Source of the DNA: an uncultured Nitrososphaerota archaeon
GTDB taxonomy: Archaea; Korarchaeota; Korarchaeia; Korarchaeales; Korarchaeaceae
Reading direction: 5' to 3'
Assembly (NCBI GenBank): GCA_964594835.1
Contig: CAZQNA010000003.1
Span: forward strand, 1 to 64,000
Length of the DNA stretch: 64,000 nt
The position numbers and the translations under genes are program-made. The notes beneath the pieces are model-generated. The model was not told the origin of the DNA. It made no database searches and saw only the letters and a program-made list of their open reading frames with translations. Every line of letters begins with the position of its first letter. The first letter of the stretch is position 1. Positions 27,535-36,133 of this stretch are shown piece by piece.

Positions 27535-28701
27535 ATGAGAAGAGAGGCCGCGGCGGCGGTCCTGGCGATCGCCGTCGTACTGTCCCTCCTCCCCCTCCAA
27601 CCCTCTCAGGCCTGGTGGTCCAACGGGCACCGGCTCATGACCACCAGGGCCATTGGGCTGATACCCGACCCTGAGTGGAGGGAGTTCTTCGAGCACTACG
27701 CCTACTTCCTCAACGAGACGTGCGTCTGGCCGGACTCCGTGTACAAGGCGGAGGATCCGATGGAGGAGCCGAGGCACTACTACGACCTGGAGATCCCGCC
27801 CGGACAGAGGACCTACCGAGACGGCGTCCTGCCCCAGGCGGTCCACAACTTCACCCTGGAGATGGCCGAGGCCCTGAGGAGGGGGGACTGGTTCGAGGCC
27901 CTGGCCCTGGCCGGCAGGGTGGCCCACTACGTCGAGGACGCCCACCAGCCCTACCACTGCACCGTGAACTACAACCCCATGGACAAGCACGGCCTCGCGG
28001 ACTCCCTGATCGAGAGGCACTGGGGCGAGCTCACCCTCAACCTCTCTGCCCTGATCGAGCCCGTCGACAACCTGACCCAGTTCGCCCTGGACATAATCGT
28101 CGACAGCAACCGCAAGGTGGCCAGGCTGAACGCCACCCTCATCGGAGACCCGGACGATCCCAGCGACGACAGGGAGTGGAGCGACGACCTCAGGGACCTG
28201 ATCAGCGAGCAGGCCAGCAGGGCCATTGTAGCTGTGGCGAGGGTCTGGTGGACCGCCATAACAATGGCGGGGGTCGAGCCCCCGGACCTCTCCCAGTCCT
28301 ACTCGATCGGCGTGGAGCTGGCCGCCCCCGACAGGGCGAAGACCAGGCTGCTGGCGGAGGCCACAGTTCTGGACGGCCTGGGCATACCCCTCGACGCGGA
28401 GGTCACCTGGACCTTCGGGCAGGACTCGGGCGAGGCCAGGAGGGCCGACGCGGGCGTCTACAGGATCAGGCTTGACAGCGACGTGCTCCAGAGGTACGCG
28501 GGCCAGACCGTGACGCTAACCGTCAGGGCCTCCAAGAGTGGATACGGGACGGCGGAGGCCTCTGCCCAGGTCTACGTTGAGCCGCTGGAGGTCGCGCCCG
28601 GGCCCTCGGGCCCCACTCCCTGGCTGAAGTGGGTGGTCCTGGTCGTCGCGATCGCAGCGGTCGCCGTCGTCGCCTTCTTCCTCCTCAGGCGGCGGAGCTG
28701 A
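27535..28701 (+). CDS. Membrane-anchored Zn-dependent phospholipase C / S1-P1 nuclease family protein
   Basis: Signal peptide, mature W..GH, WPD, HYYD, HYVEDAHQPYH, C-terminal TM + RRRS. Confidence 0.85.
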   Translation: MRREAAAAVLAIAVVLSLLPLQPSQAWWSNGHRLMTTRAIGLIPDPEWREFFEHYAYFLNETCVWPDSVYKAEDPMEEPRHYYDLEIPPGQRTYRDGVLPQAVHNFTLEMAEALRRGDWFEALALAGRVAHYVEDAHQPYHCTVNYNPMDKHGLADSLIERHWGELTLNLSALIEPVDNLTQFALDIIVDSNRKVARLNATLIGDPDDPSDDREWSDDLRDLISEQASRAIVAVARVWWTAITMAGVEPPDLSQSYSIGVELAAPDRAKTRLLAEATVLDGLGIPLDAEVTWTFGQDSGEARRADAGVYRIRLDSDVLQRYAGQTVTLTVRASKSGYGTAEASAQVYVEPLEVAPGPSGPTPWLKWVVLVVAIAAVAVVAFFLLRRRS

Positions 28702-28742
28702 CCGGAGATCACCCTCTCCACCTTTTTATTGATCCGCCGCCC

Positions 28743-29138
28743 TCAGCCACCCCGCAGGAGCTTGGACAGGAACCTCTCCCTGTTCACGACGAACCTCTCG
28801 TGGGTCCCCTCTCCGACTAGGGTGTCGCCGTGGAGGCACTTGACCTCGAATACGAGCCTCCTCCCGTCGACCTCGACGAGCCTGGCCCTCACCGTGACCT
28901 CCCCACCCACCGGGGCCGGCGCAAGGTGTCTGACGTTCACGGCGGTCCCAACCGTGGTCTCCTCAGGTGGAAGGTGGGGCTGGACCAGGTCCCTGGCGGT
29001 GGTCTCCATCAGGGCTATCATCGAGGGCGTCGACAGCACGGAGACGTCTCCGCTGCCTATGAAGGAGGCGGCCATGTCCTCGGTGACCTCAAACCTCCTC
29101 TCGGCCTCAATCCCGACCTCCAGCCTCCGGCCGGTCAT
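28743..29138 (-). CDS. Hotdog-fold thioesterase (FlK-like)
   Basis: GSGDVSVLSTPSMIALME, TVGTAVNVRHLAPAPVG, GTHERFVV. ATG 29138. Confidence 0.92.
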   Translation of the reverse strand: MTGRRLEVGIEAERRFEVTEDMAASFIGSGDVSVLSTPSMIALMETTARDLVQPHLPPEETTVGTAVNVRHLAPAPVGGEVTVRARLVEVDGRRLVFEVKCLHGDTLVGEGTHERFVVNRERFLSKLLRGG

Positions 29139-29198
29139 CCCGATCCCCGCGGGCCCCAGGGGGAAATGTGAAATAAGCATGCCAGCGGCCGCCCGCGG

Positions 29199-29963
29199 AT
29201 GCCCGGATCCGCGGCGACCTTCGTCAAGGTGGGCGGCTCGGTCATCACGGTCAAGGACGCCCCCGAGCCCACTCCCAGGGCGGAGGTGATCGAGGAACTC
29301 GCCGGAGAGCTCGCAGAGGTTCACTCGCAGGGAGAGCGCCTCATCGTAGCCAACGGGGCCGGGAGCTTTGGACACCCACTGGCAAAGAGGGCCGGCCTCG
29401 ACCGCGGGCTCACGAGGGGCAGGGAGCTCCCCTCCGCGATAACGGCCCAGTCGGCCCTCAGGCTGAGCCTCATGCTGGTGGAGGGGCTCCTCGACAGGGG
29501 GGTGCCCGCGATCTCCTTCTCCCCAAGATCGTACGTCTACGGGACAGATCGGGGATGGTCGGCCGAGATCTCTCCCATCAGGATGGCGCTGGAGAGGGGG
29601 TTCGTCCCGGTGACGTTCGGGGACGTCGTCATGCACGAGACCAGGGGTGCGGCCATATTCTCCGCCGACGACGCCCCCTCCGTGCTCACCCCGCTGATCG
29701 AGAGGGCGATCTTCCTGGTCGACGTCCCCGGGGTGCTGGGCCCAGGCGGGGAGGCCCTCGAGGTCGCCAGCCCGGAGGTCCTCGGGTTCGCGGGCAAGGC
29801 CGGGGGGACCGACGTCACCGGGGGTATGGCGGAGAAGCTCAGGAAGGGATTCGAGCTGGTTCGCAGGGGTATAGAGGTCAGGATAGCCGGCTACTCCTCG
29901 GCCGGCGACCTGAAGAGGGCGCTCAGGGGGGAGGCCGGGACCCTCCTGGTCGTCCCAGAGTGA
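29199..29963 (+). CDS. ipk: Isopentenyl phosphate kinase
   Basis: KVGGSVIT.K, GAGSFGH, PVTFGDVV, SAD, DVTGGMAEKL. Confidence 0.88.
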   Translation: MPGSAATFVKVGGSVITVKDAPEPTPRAEVIEELAGELAEVHSQGERLIVANGAGSFGHPLAKRAGLDRGLTRGRELPSAITAQSALRLSLMLVEGLLDRGVPAISFSPRSYVYGTDRGWSAEISPIRMALERGFVPVTFGDVVMHETRGAAIFSADDAPSVLTPLIERAIFLVDVPGVLGPGGEALEVASPEVLGFAGKAGGTDVTGGMAEKLRKGFELVRRGIEVRIAGYSSAGDLKRALRGEAGTLLVVPE

Positions 29964-30026
29964 GGGGAGGGGAGGAGGGGGGCCGTCGGCCGACGGCCCC
30001 GATGGGCGGGGGAGCCGGGTTGAGGG

Positions 30027-30414
30027 CTACAGCGCGGCAAGCACGGAGATCAGGATGGGTTGAATCACCTTCGTGGAGACTATGGTCATCCCTATAGCCC
30101 TGTCCAGCTCCCTGGGCTTGGACAGCGGGTCGCGGATCAGCCCCACCAGCGCCAGCCCCGGCAGGAAGGTCGGCGCGGCCGCGGCCAGCTGCCAGGGCGT
30201 ACTCCGACAGGATGTAGCCCGGCCTCTCCTCCGCCAGCACCTCCGGGATCCTCTCAACGAACCACCTCTTGTACCTCTCCCAAGACCGGTCCCCCTCGAC
30301 CCTCCTGAAGATGGTCATGCTGGACCTGAACCTGCCTATGCGGGAGCGGTCCAGGGTGTAGGGCGGCCTCCTCACCCTCCTGACCCGACCTCCTATCGAC
30401 TGAGCGGGGCCCAT
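30027..30414 (-). pseudogene. Chimeric gene remnant (glycosyltransferase-like N-terminal fragment joined to a prenyltransferase-like C-terminal fragment)
   Basis: Two out-of-frame coding-like pieces: ..WERYKRWFVERIPEVLAEERPGYILSEY.. and PWQLAAAAPTFLPGLALVGLIRDPLSKPRELDRAIGMTIVSTKVIQPILISVLAAL*. Confidence 0.4.
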
Positions 30415-30474
30415 AGGCGATCGGGTCGCCGCCCCCGTGAAAACAAAGTGGGCCTCCCGGAGCGGACCCGGGAC

Positions 30475-30774
30475 CTAGGCCTCCTCGTCCCCCCAAGCGC
30501 GAGGGGGGCCCCAGAAGAGGTCCCTCAGCATCGTCGAGAGCGGGTGGTCGGTGAGCCTCACCAGGACCACCCTGCCGACCCTCCTCACCTCGACGAGCCC
30601 AAGCTCCCTGAGCCTGTCAACGTGGGACTTCGTGGACTCGTAGCTGAGCCTAGACTCCCTCGCGAGCCTGCTCATGTTGACCTGGCCCACCAGCGAGAGG
30701 ACCCTCAGTATCCTGACCCTCCCCCTGCTCCCGACGGCCTCCTCGATCAGCTCTCCCCAGGTGAGCCCCCCCAT
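30475..30774 (-). CDS. Winged-helix (ArsR-like) transcriptional regulator
   Basis: GSRGRVRILRVL..VNMSRLARESRLSYESTKSHVDRL.ELGLV. Confidence 0.85.
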   Translation of the reverse strand: MGGLTWGELIEEAVGSRGRVRILRVLSLVGQVNMSRLARESRLSYESTKSHVDRLRELGLVEVRRVGRVVLVRLTDHPLSTMLRDLFWGPPRAWGDEEA

Positions 30775-30822
30775 GTCGCCTCAGCCGCCCTCCAGCGGGG
30801 CCGGGGCTCGGTCCGCCTGGGA

Positions 30823-32103
30823 CTAACCCCCGGCCCTCTCCCTCCTGATCTCGGCCAGAACCTCCCTGGCCACGTCCTCCCTGATCTTCTTCAGCCTCAC
30901 GAGCCTCTCCACCACGAGGTCGACCTCCTCGCCCACCGCTCCGACGGCCATGGCAACGTTCCTCGCGTGCAGCTTCATGTGGCCGGCCTGGATCCCCTCG
31001 GTCGCCAGGGCCCTCAGGGCCGCGAAGTTCTGGGCCAGGCCGACGGCGACCATGACCTCAGCCAGCTGCCTGGCGGTCCTTATGCCGAGGATCTTCAGGG
31101 CGAGCTTGGCGACCGGGTGGACCTTCGTGACCCCCCCGACGACGCCGACGGCCATGGGCATCTCGAGGTACCCCTCCAGGTTGCCGTCGTCGTTCTTCCA
31201 CCAGGTGCTGAGGCTCGTGTACCTGCCGAACCTGGCCGCGTAGGAGTGAGCCCCCGCCTCGATGGCCCTGGTGTCCTGCCCCGTCGCGCGCGCTACCGCG
31301 ATGACCCCGTTCATAATCCCCTTGTTGTGAGTGGCGGCCCGGTAGGGGTCGTTCGCCGCGAACTCGTACGCGTAGACTATCCCGTCGACCACCTCCTCCC
31401 CACCGATGTCCTCCGCCCTGAAGACCGCGTGCGCCCTGGCCAGCCTCCGGTCGGCCAGGTTCGAGATTATCCTCAGCAGGGACCTCCCCCTCGTGATCCT
31501 CTCGAGGAACGGCGCCACGGCCTCGGCCATCGTGTTGACCGCGTTGGCGCCCATGGCGTCACGCACGTCGACAAGCAGGTGGACGATCACCATGGGGCCC
31601 ACCCCGGTCTCAATCACCCTGACCTCGACGTCCCTCGCCCCTCCCCCGAACTTCACGAGCACAGGGTCCTGCTCGTTGGCTATCTCCAGTATCCTGCCCC
31701 TCTCCATGAGGATCTGCATCCTGGCCTCTTCCGGGTCGGGGACGTTCACCAGCTGGACCTGGCCTATCATTATCGAGTCGGTCGAGCTGGCCCTGAACCC
31801 CCCGGCTGGCCTGGCCATCTTGGCGGCGTTGCTGGCCGCGGCCACGACCGACGGCTCCTCAATCGCCATGGGGACGAGGTAGTCCCTGCCGTTGATCAGG
31901 AAGTTCGTCGCCACCGCGAAGGGCAGCGGCCACGTGCCGATGACATTCTCTATCATCCTGTCGGCCACCTCAATGGGGAGGGGGCCCTCCTTCCTCAGGA
32001 GCCCGACCTCCTCCTCGGTGAGGTCGGCGAACTCAGAAACGGCTTCTAGCCTCTCCTCGATGGAGAGCCTGTAGAACCCAGGGATGCGGGAGGTCTTCGC
32101 CAT
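30823..32103 (-). CDS. mvaA: HMG-CoA reductase, class II
   Basis: SRIPGFY, ENVIG, PMAIEEPSVVAA, DAMGAN, THNKGIMNG, GIQAGHMKLH. Confidence 0.95.
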   Translation of the reverse strand: MAKTSRIPGFYRLSIEERLEAVSEFADLTEEEVGLLRKEGPLPIEVADRMIENVIGTWPLPFAVATNFLINGRDYLVPMAIEEPSVVAAASNAAKMARPAGGFRASSTDSIMIGQVQLVNVPDPEEARMQILMERGRILEIANEQDPVLVKFGGGARDVEVRVIETGVGPMVIVHLLVDVRDAMGANAVNTMAEAVAPFLERITRGRSLLRIISNLADRRLARAHAVFRAEDIGGEEVVDGIVYAYEFAANDPYRAATHNKGIMNGVIAVARATGQDTRAIEAGAHSYAARFGRYTSLSTWWKNDDGNLEGYLEMPMAVGVVGGVTKVHPVAKLALKILGIRTARQLAEVMVAVGLAQNFAALRALATEGIQAGHMKLHARNVAMAVGAVGEEVDLVVERLVRLKKIREDVAREVLAEIRRERAGG

Positions 32104-32207
32104 CTTGTCCCCCGGGGGACCGGCTCTCCATCCCTAAAAAGGGGTCACCGCCAGGGCGAGCATCGGCCCCCACCGGGGCGGCGCCTCCCCGGGCCGCCAC
32201 CCTGACC

Positions 32208-32858
32208 CTAGCCCTCCTCCTGATCCCCCGCCTCCTCCCCCCCTTCACCCTCTCCCTCGCCCTCGCGACCTCCCTCGCGTCCGCTCCTCCTGAGGATGAC
32301 CCTCGCCACGCTCCTGACGATCCTCTTGGAGACGGTGGGGATCCTCCCCTCCATGTAGGCCTCCTCGTCCAGGTGGCTTATCTTCCCGGAGACGACTCCC
32401 CCCACGTCCACCCACCAGGCCTTGGATCCCTGTGGGTCCGGGAAGACGCTGGTAAGGCTGGCCACGACCCTGGCCTCGGGGGATATGGACTCCACCAGCT
32501 CCTTCCAGGCCCTTGCCTGACCCCCATCCTCCCTCGTGCAGACCACCACGTACCTGGCGTACCTGACGATGTCCGTCTCCTCCTCCGAGAGCCTGGACCC
32601 CTCCTCCAGCCTCCTCCCCCTGAGGCTCATCACGATGAAGTCCACGTCCCCCTCCCTTGCGGCAGACCTGAGGGCCTCCCTCAGCCAGGTGAGCCTCCCC
32701 TCCCTTGCGGCCGACTCCATGTCAACGCCGAGGGTTATTGTTGCGCAACCTCTGGACTTCAGCTCGTTGCTCAGCATCTTGACCAGGACCCCCTTGCCCG
32801 ACCGGGGCTCTCCAACCACCAGTACGACCTCCGCCCGTCCGGCGCGGCTGGCGCTCAT
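32208..32858 (-). CDS. P-loop NTPase-fold protein resembling the Csx3-associated AAA domain (degenerate)
   Basis: VLVVGEPRSGKGVL Walker-A-like motif and W.ELV..VVASLTS..G.ISHL pattern. Family call is by recollection. Confidence 0.55.
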   Translation of the reverse strand: MSASRAGRAEVVLVVGEPRSGKGVLVKMLSNELKSRGCATITLGVDMESAAREGRLTWLREALRSAAREGDVDFIVMSLRGRRLEEGSRLSEEETDIVRYARYVVVCTREDGGQARAWKELVESISPEARVVASLTSVFPDPQGSKAWWVDVGGVVSGKISHLDEEAYMEGRIPTVSKRIVRSVARVILRRSGREGGREGEGEGEGGEEAGDQEEG

Positions 32859-33184
32859 CGAACCGGATCACCACCCTCGTAAGACCGGCGCTCACGTCTG
32901 CGCCACACCAGAGAGTCCACCTCCTGACGCGGGTCGATCCGCCCGGCCTGGCGCCTCGCCCGGCCAACATTTAAGCGGATCTGTCTCCGGGCAGCGAGCG
33001 GTCGGCCCGCGGGCTGGCTTACGTCAGGACCGCAGCGAGTCCCCTCGATCCCGACGTGGACGTATATTGTTCCTGCGTGGGGCTCTCCGGGCAGCTGGGT
33101 TTCACCTCCGCTCCGAGGGGACCTCCTCGTCGGCCGACACCCGGAGCGGTAAAGAATTTTAGCAGGTCGCGCGGCGGGCGCCAT

Positions 33185-33424
33185 ATGCCCAAGTTCAAGG
33201 TGACCATCGACAGGGACCAGTGCATCAGCGACGGCGTGTGCTGGGCCCTCTGCCCCCAGGTCTTCGAGATGAACCCCGACGACGGGAAGTCCCAGATCGT
33301 CGAGGAGTATAAGACCGACGACATCGGGACCGGCGTCGTGCCAGAGGACCTGGCCGACTGCGTGAAGCAGGCCGCCGACGCCTGCCCGGTCCAGATAATA
33401 CACGTCGAGGAGGTGGAGGGCTGA
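33185..33424 (+). CDS. fdx: Monocluster ferredoxin
   Basis: MPKFKVTIDRDQ-CISDGVC-WALCP...ACPVQII. ATG 33185. Confidence 0.95.
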   Translation: MPKFKVTIDRDQCISDGVCWALCPQVFEMNPDDGKSQIVEEYKTDDIGTGVVPEDLADCVKQAADACPVQIIHVEEVEG

Positions 33425-33444
33425 GCCCCCAACCGGGGCTCACC

Positions 33445-33465
33445 CCCTTTCTTGCTTTTGCTTCC
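33445..33465 (+). terminator. T-rich terminator candidate after the ferredoxin
   Basis: CCCTTTCTTGCTTTTGCTTCC between convergent genes. Confidence 0.45.
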
Positions 33466-33480
33466 TCACCCTAGTGGCGT

Positions 33481-34326
33481 TCAGGGCTGAGACTGCCCGT
33501 TTATCAATCTGCTCAGGGCCTTTGCCCTCTCTGTGGCCGCCTCTACGGCCTTCATCACCGAGGACCTGACCCCGCCCTCCTCGATGTAGAAGATCCCCTC
33601 GATCGTCGTGCCCCCGGGAGTCACGACCATCTCCTTGAGCTGGGCCGGGTGGATCCCCTGCTCCAGCACCATCTTGGCGGCCCCGAGCATGGTCTGGGCG
33701 GCGGACTTCAGGGCCACATCCCTCGGCAGGCCGACCTTCAGCCCGGCGTACATGAGGGCCTCTATGAAGAGGGCGGCGTACGCGGGGCCGCTTCCGCTCA
33801 GGCCCGTCACGGCGTCCATCAGCTCCTCGTGGACCTCCTCGCAGGTCCCCATGCATCCGAACAGCTCTCTCACGAGCTTGATGTTCTCGTCGGTCACGCC
33901 AGGCCCCCGGCAGAAGGCCGTGAATGACTCCCTCACGGAGACGGCCAGGTTCGGCATGGCCCTGACGATCCTGGCCCCCGGGGCAGCCTTGGAGAGGGTG
34001 GACGTGCTCACAGCCGCCGCCAGGGAGATGAGGAGCTTCCCCCTGACCGCCTCCGAGATCTCTGAGGCCACTCTGGCGGCCTTGTGGGGCTTGATGGCCA
34101 GGATCACCAGGTCGGCCCAGTCGGCGGCCGCCACGTTGTCGGACGTGACCCAGATCCCCCTCTCCTCGAAGTGCCTGATCCTCTCCACCCTCCTCCTCGT
34201 GGCCGCGACGCGGTACCCGGCGTCGGCCAGGGCCAGGGCGACGGCCCCTCCTATGGCCCCGGCCCCGATCACCGCCACCTTGAGCCCCTCGGACGAGCGG
34301 ATCTCGGAGTCGCTGGAGTCGAGCAC
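33481..34326 (-). CDS. proC: Pyrroline-5-carboxylate reductase
   Basis: VIGAGAIG, AIKP, RAMPN, GLSGSGPAY, VTPGGTTIEG. Start approximate. Confidence 0.95.
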   Translation of the reverse strand: MLDSSDSEIRSSEGLKVAVIGAGAIGGAVALALADAGYRVAATRRRVERIRHFEERGIWVTSDNVAAADWADLVILAIKPHKAARVASEISEAVRGKLLISLAAAVSTSTLSKAAPGARIVRAMPNLAVSVRESFTAFCRGPGVTDENIKLVRELFGCMGTCEEVHEELMDAVTGLSGSGPAYAALFIEALMYAGLKVGLPRDVALKSAAQTMLGAAKMVLEQGIHPAQLKEMVVTPGGTTIEGIFYIEEGGVRSSVMKAVEAATERAKALSRLINGQSQP

Positions 34327-34372
34327 AACCCTCACCCCTCCCGGGGTATAAGAGGATTTCCCCGGGTTGGGT

Positions 34373-35287
34373 TCAGCGCCCGAACTCCAGGTGAACGTAC
34401 TCCGCCTCCACCACACCGCCGTGCCTCAGGTAGAGAGAGGCCCCTGGGGCCAGCCTGTCGAGATAGACAACCGTGTTCACGACCATCCTCTCGACGCCGA
34501 GCCCGGCGGCCCTCCTCAAGACATCCAGCAGCAGGGCCCTGCCTATCCCCCTCCCCCTGCGGTCTGCCCTGACGAAGACTCCGGCCAGCTGGCCTTCTCT
34601 CCCGCCGGCGTAGAACCCCGCGAGGCCGACCGCCTCCCCTCCCGACCGCGCCCCCACCCAGACGAGCCCGCCCCCCGGATCGAGCCATCCCCGACAGGCG
34701 GACAGGAGAGCCTCTCTACCCCCCATGTCGTCGACGAACCAGTCCCAGTGGGGGTGGAGGGCGTCGACGAGGAGGGAGGACATCTCCCCCACGTCGTCTG
34801 AGGTCAGGGGCGCCAGCTCCATCCCCTCCGGGGCGCCCAGCTCCTCATCTACTCTTAGGGGGTCCCAGACCACCCTCAGGATCCTCCTGATCGGCCTGAA
34901 ACCCTTCCTCTCGTAGGCGGACACCAGGTAGTCGAATGGAATGGTGCTGCCCCTCACGAGCGCCGGCTTCAGCGGCAGTATCCTCCTGAGACCTTCCTCA
35001 ATCAGAGTCTCCTCGATCCCGCGCCCCCGTAGGGGCGGCGGGACGGAGAGATCACGGAACTCCCACCGGTTCCCGGACGGCAGCCTTTGGATCCAGAGGC
35101 AACCGGCCGGGGTACCGTTCAGTTCGGCCAGCAGGAGGTGAGAGGAGGCGCCCTCCCCAGACTCCATGATCCTCCTGAGCTCCTCCGGGGTCCTCCTCTC
35201 AAGCCCGCCAAACGTGCGGTCGAGCAGGTCAAGCCATACATCCGCGTCCCTCAGGGGCTTTACCTCGATCAAGTGGCTCGGCCCCAC
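34373..35287 (-). CDS. Tandem GNAT N-acetyltransferase
   Basis: Two motif-A copies (VPPPLRGRGI and VRADRRGRGIG). Confidence 0.85.
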   Translation of the reverse strand: MGPSHLIEVKPLRDADVWLDLLDRTFGGLERRTPEELRRIMESGEGASSHLLLAELNGTPAGCLWIQRLPSGNRWEFRDLSVPPPLRGRGIEETLIEEGLRRILPLKPALVRGSTIPFDYLVSAYERKGFRPIRRILRVVWDPLRVDEELGAPEGMELAPLTSDDVGEMSSLLVDALHPHWDWFVDDMGGREALLSACRGWLDPGGGLVWVGARSGGEAVGLAGFYAGGREGQLAGVFVRADRRGRGIGRALLLDVLRRAAGLGVERMVVNTVVYLDRLAPGASLYLRHGGVVEAEYVHLEFGR

Positions 35288-35354
35288 CAGCTGCCCGTGG
35301 GGACGTATTAACCTCTGAACCAGCGGTCGACGTGTTTCATAGTAGTAAATTTAA

Positions 35355-35380
35355 AGTAGAAGTTATTTAAACTTCATACT
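35355..35380 (+). promoter_or_regulatory. Imperfect inverted repeat in the vapBC promoter (autoregulatory operator candidate)
   Basis: AGTAGAAGTT-ATTTA-AACTTCATACT in an AT-rich patch directly before the antitoxin ATG. Confidence 0.6.
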
Positions 35381-35385
35381 AGAAG

Positions 35386-35616
35386 ATGCCGAGGGTCAAG
35401 GTCACAAGGAACTACCAAGTGACGATTCCGAGGGAGATTAGAGAGAGGGTGGGGCTGCGCGAGGGAGACTACCTAGAGGTGTCACTCGACCGTCAGGGGA
35501 GGATCGTGATGAGGAGGGTTAAGCCAACCCGGAGAACCCTCAGGTCGGGGAGGAAACTCACTCCAGAGGAGATCGAGAGGCTCATCGAGTCTGGTATGAG
35601 GGGGGCCCTGCCGTGA
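35386..35616 (+). CDS. vapB: AbrB/MazE-type antitoxin
   Basis: KVTRNYQVTIPREIRERVGLREGD, overlaps the PIN gene. Confidence 0.92.
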   Translation: MPRVKVTRNYQVTIPREIRERVGLREGDYLEVSLDRQGRIVMRRVKPTRRTLRSGRKLTPEEIERLIESGMRGALP

Positions 35617-36026
35617 GGGCTGTTCTGGACACAAACGTCCTTGTCTACGACACGTTCGAGGATTCCGTCTTCCACGACGAGGCCAGGCGCCTCCTGGATT
35701 CCCTGGACGTGTGGGTGATACCCGTCATCGTGCTCTACGAGTACGTGTGGCTGATGAGGAGCCTTGACATCGATCTAGCTGACCTGGCCGAGAAGGTGTG
35801 GGAGTACGCCTGGGACCACAGGGCCCGGGTAGTGTCGGGCGGGAGGGAGGCCGTCAGGTGGGCGCTGGCGGTCCTCAGAGAGGAGGGGCGCCCCCTCTCG
35901 AGATTCAACGACAAAGTCGTGCTAGCCGTGGCTCAGAGCGAGGGGCTCCCCCTCGCCTCATTCGACGAGAGGCTGCGGAGGCAGGCCAGGAGGCTGGATA
36001 CGAGGGTCCTGCCCGAGGCCCTCTAA
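35613..36026 (+). CDS. vapC: PIN-domain toxin
   Basis: VLDTNVLVY, E, ND..VLA, ASFDERL. Confidence 0.92.
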   Translation: MRAVLDTNVLVYDTFEDSVFHDEARRLLDSLDVWVIPVIVLYEYVWLMRSLDIDLADLAEKVWEYAWDHRARVVSGGREAVRWALAVLREEGRPLSRFNDKVVLAVAQSEGLPLASFDERLRRQARRLDTRVLPEAL

Positions 36027-36133
36027 GACCCAGCGACCGCGTGGGTCATGAGGGCCCCGCGTGATGACCCCAAGACGTGGGTGAGTGAATGAAAGAAGGA
36101 AGGAAGGGGTTAGGTGCCGGGGAAAAGGGGCGC

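Noticed and set aside
30073-32049. 658-aa plus-strand ORF and many other long antisense ORFs (e.g. 20744-22165, 50082-51371, 54734-56095)
   Set aside because: Shadow ORFs opposite well-supported genes, as expected with high GC3.
36043-36090. GTGATGA C-box / GGGTCAT..ATGACCC hairpin between vapC and the FOR gene
   Set aside because: No CTGA D box at a suitable distance; more likely part of the convergent terminator region.
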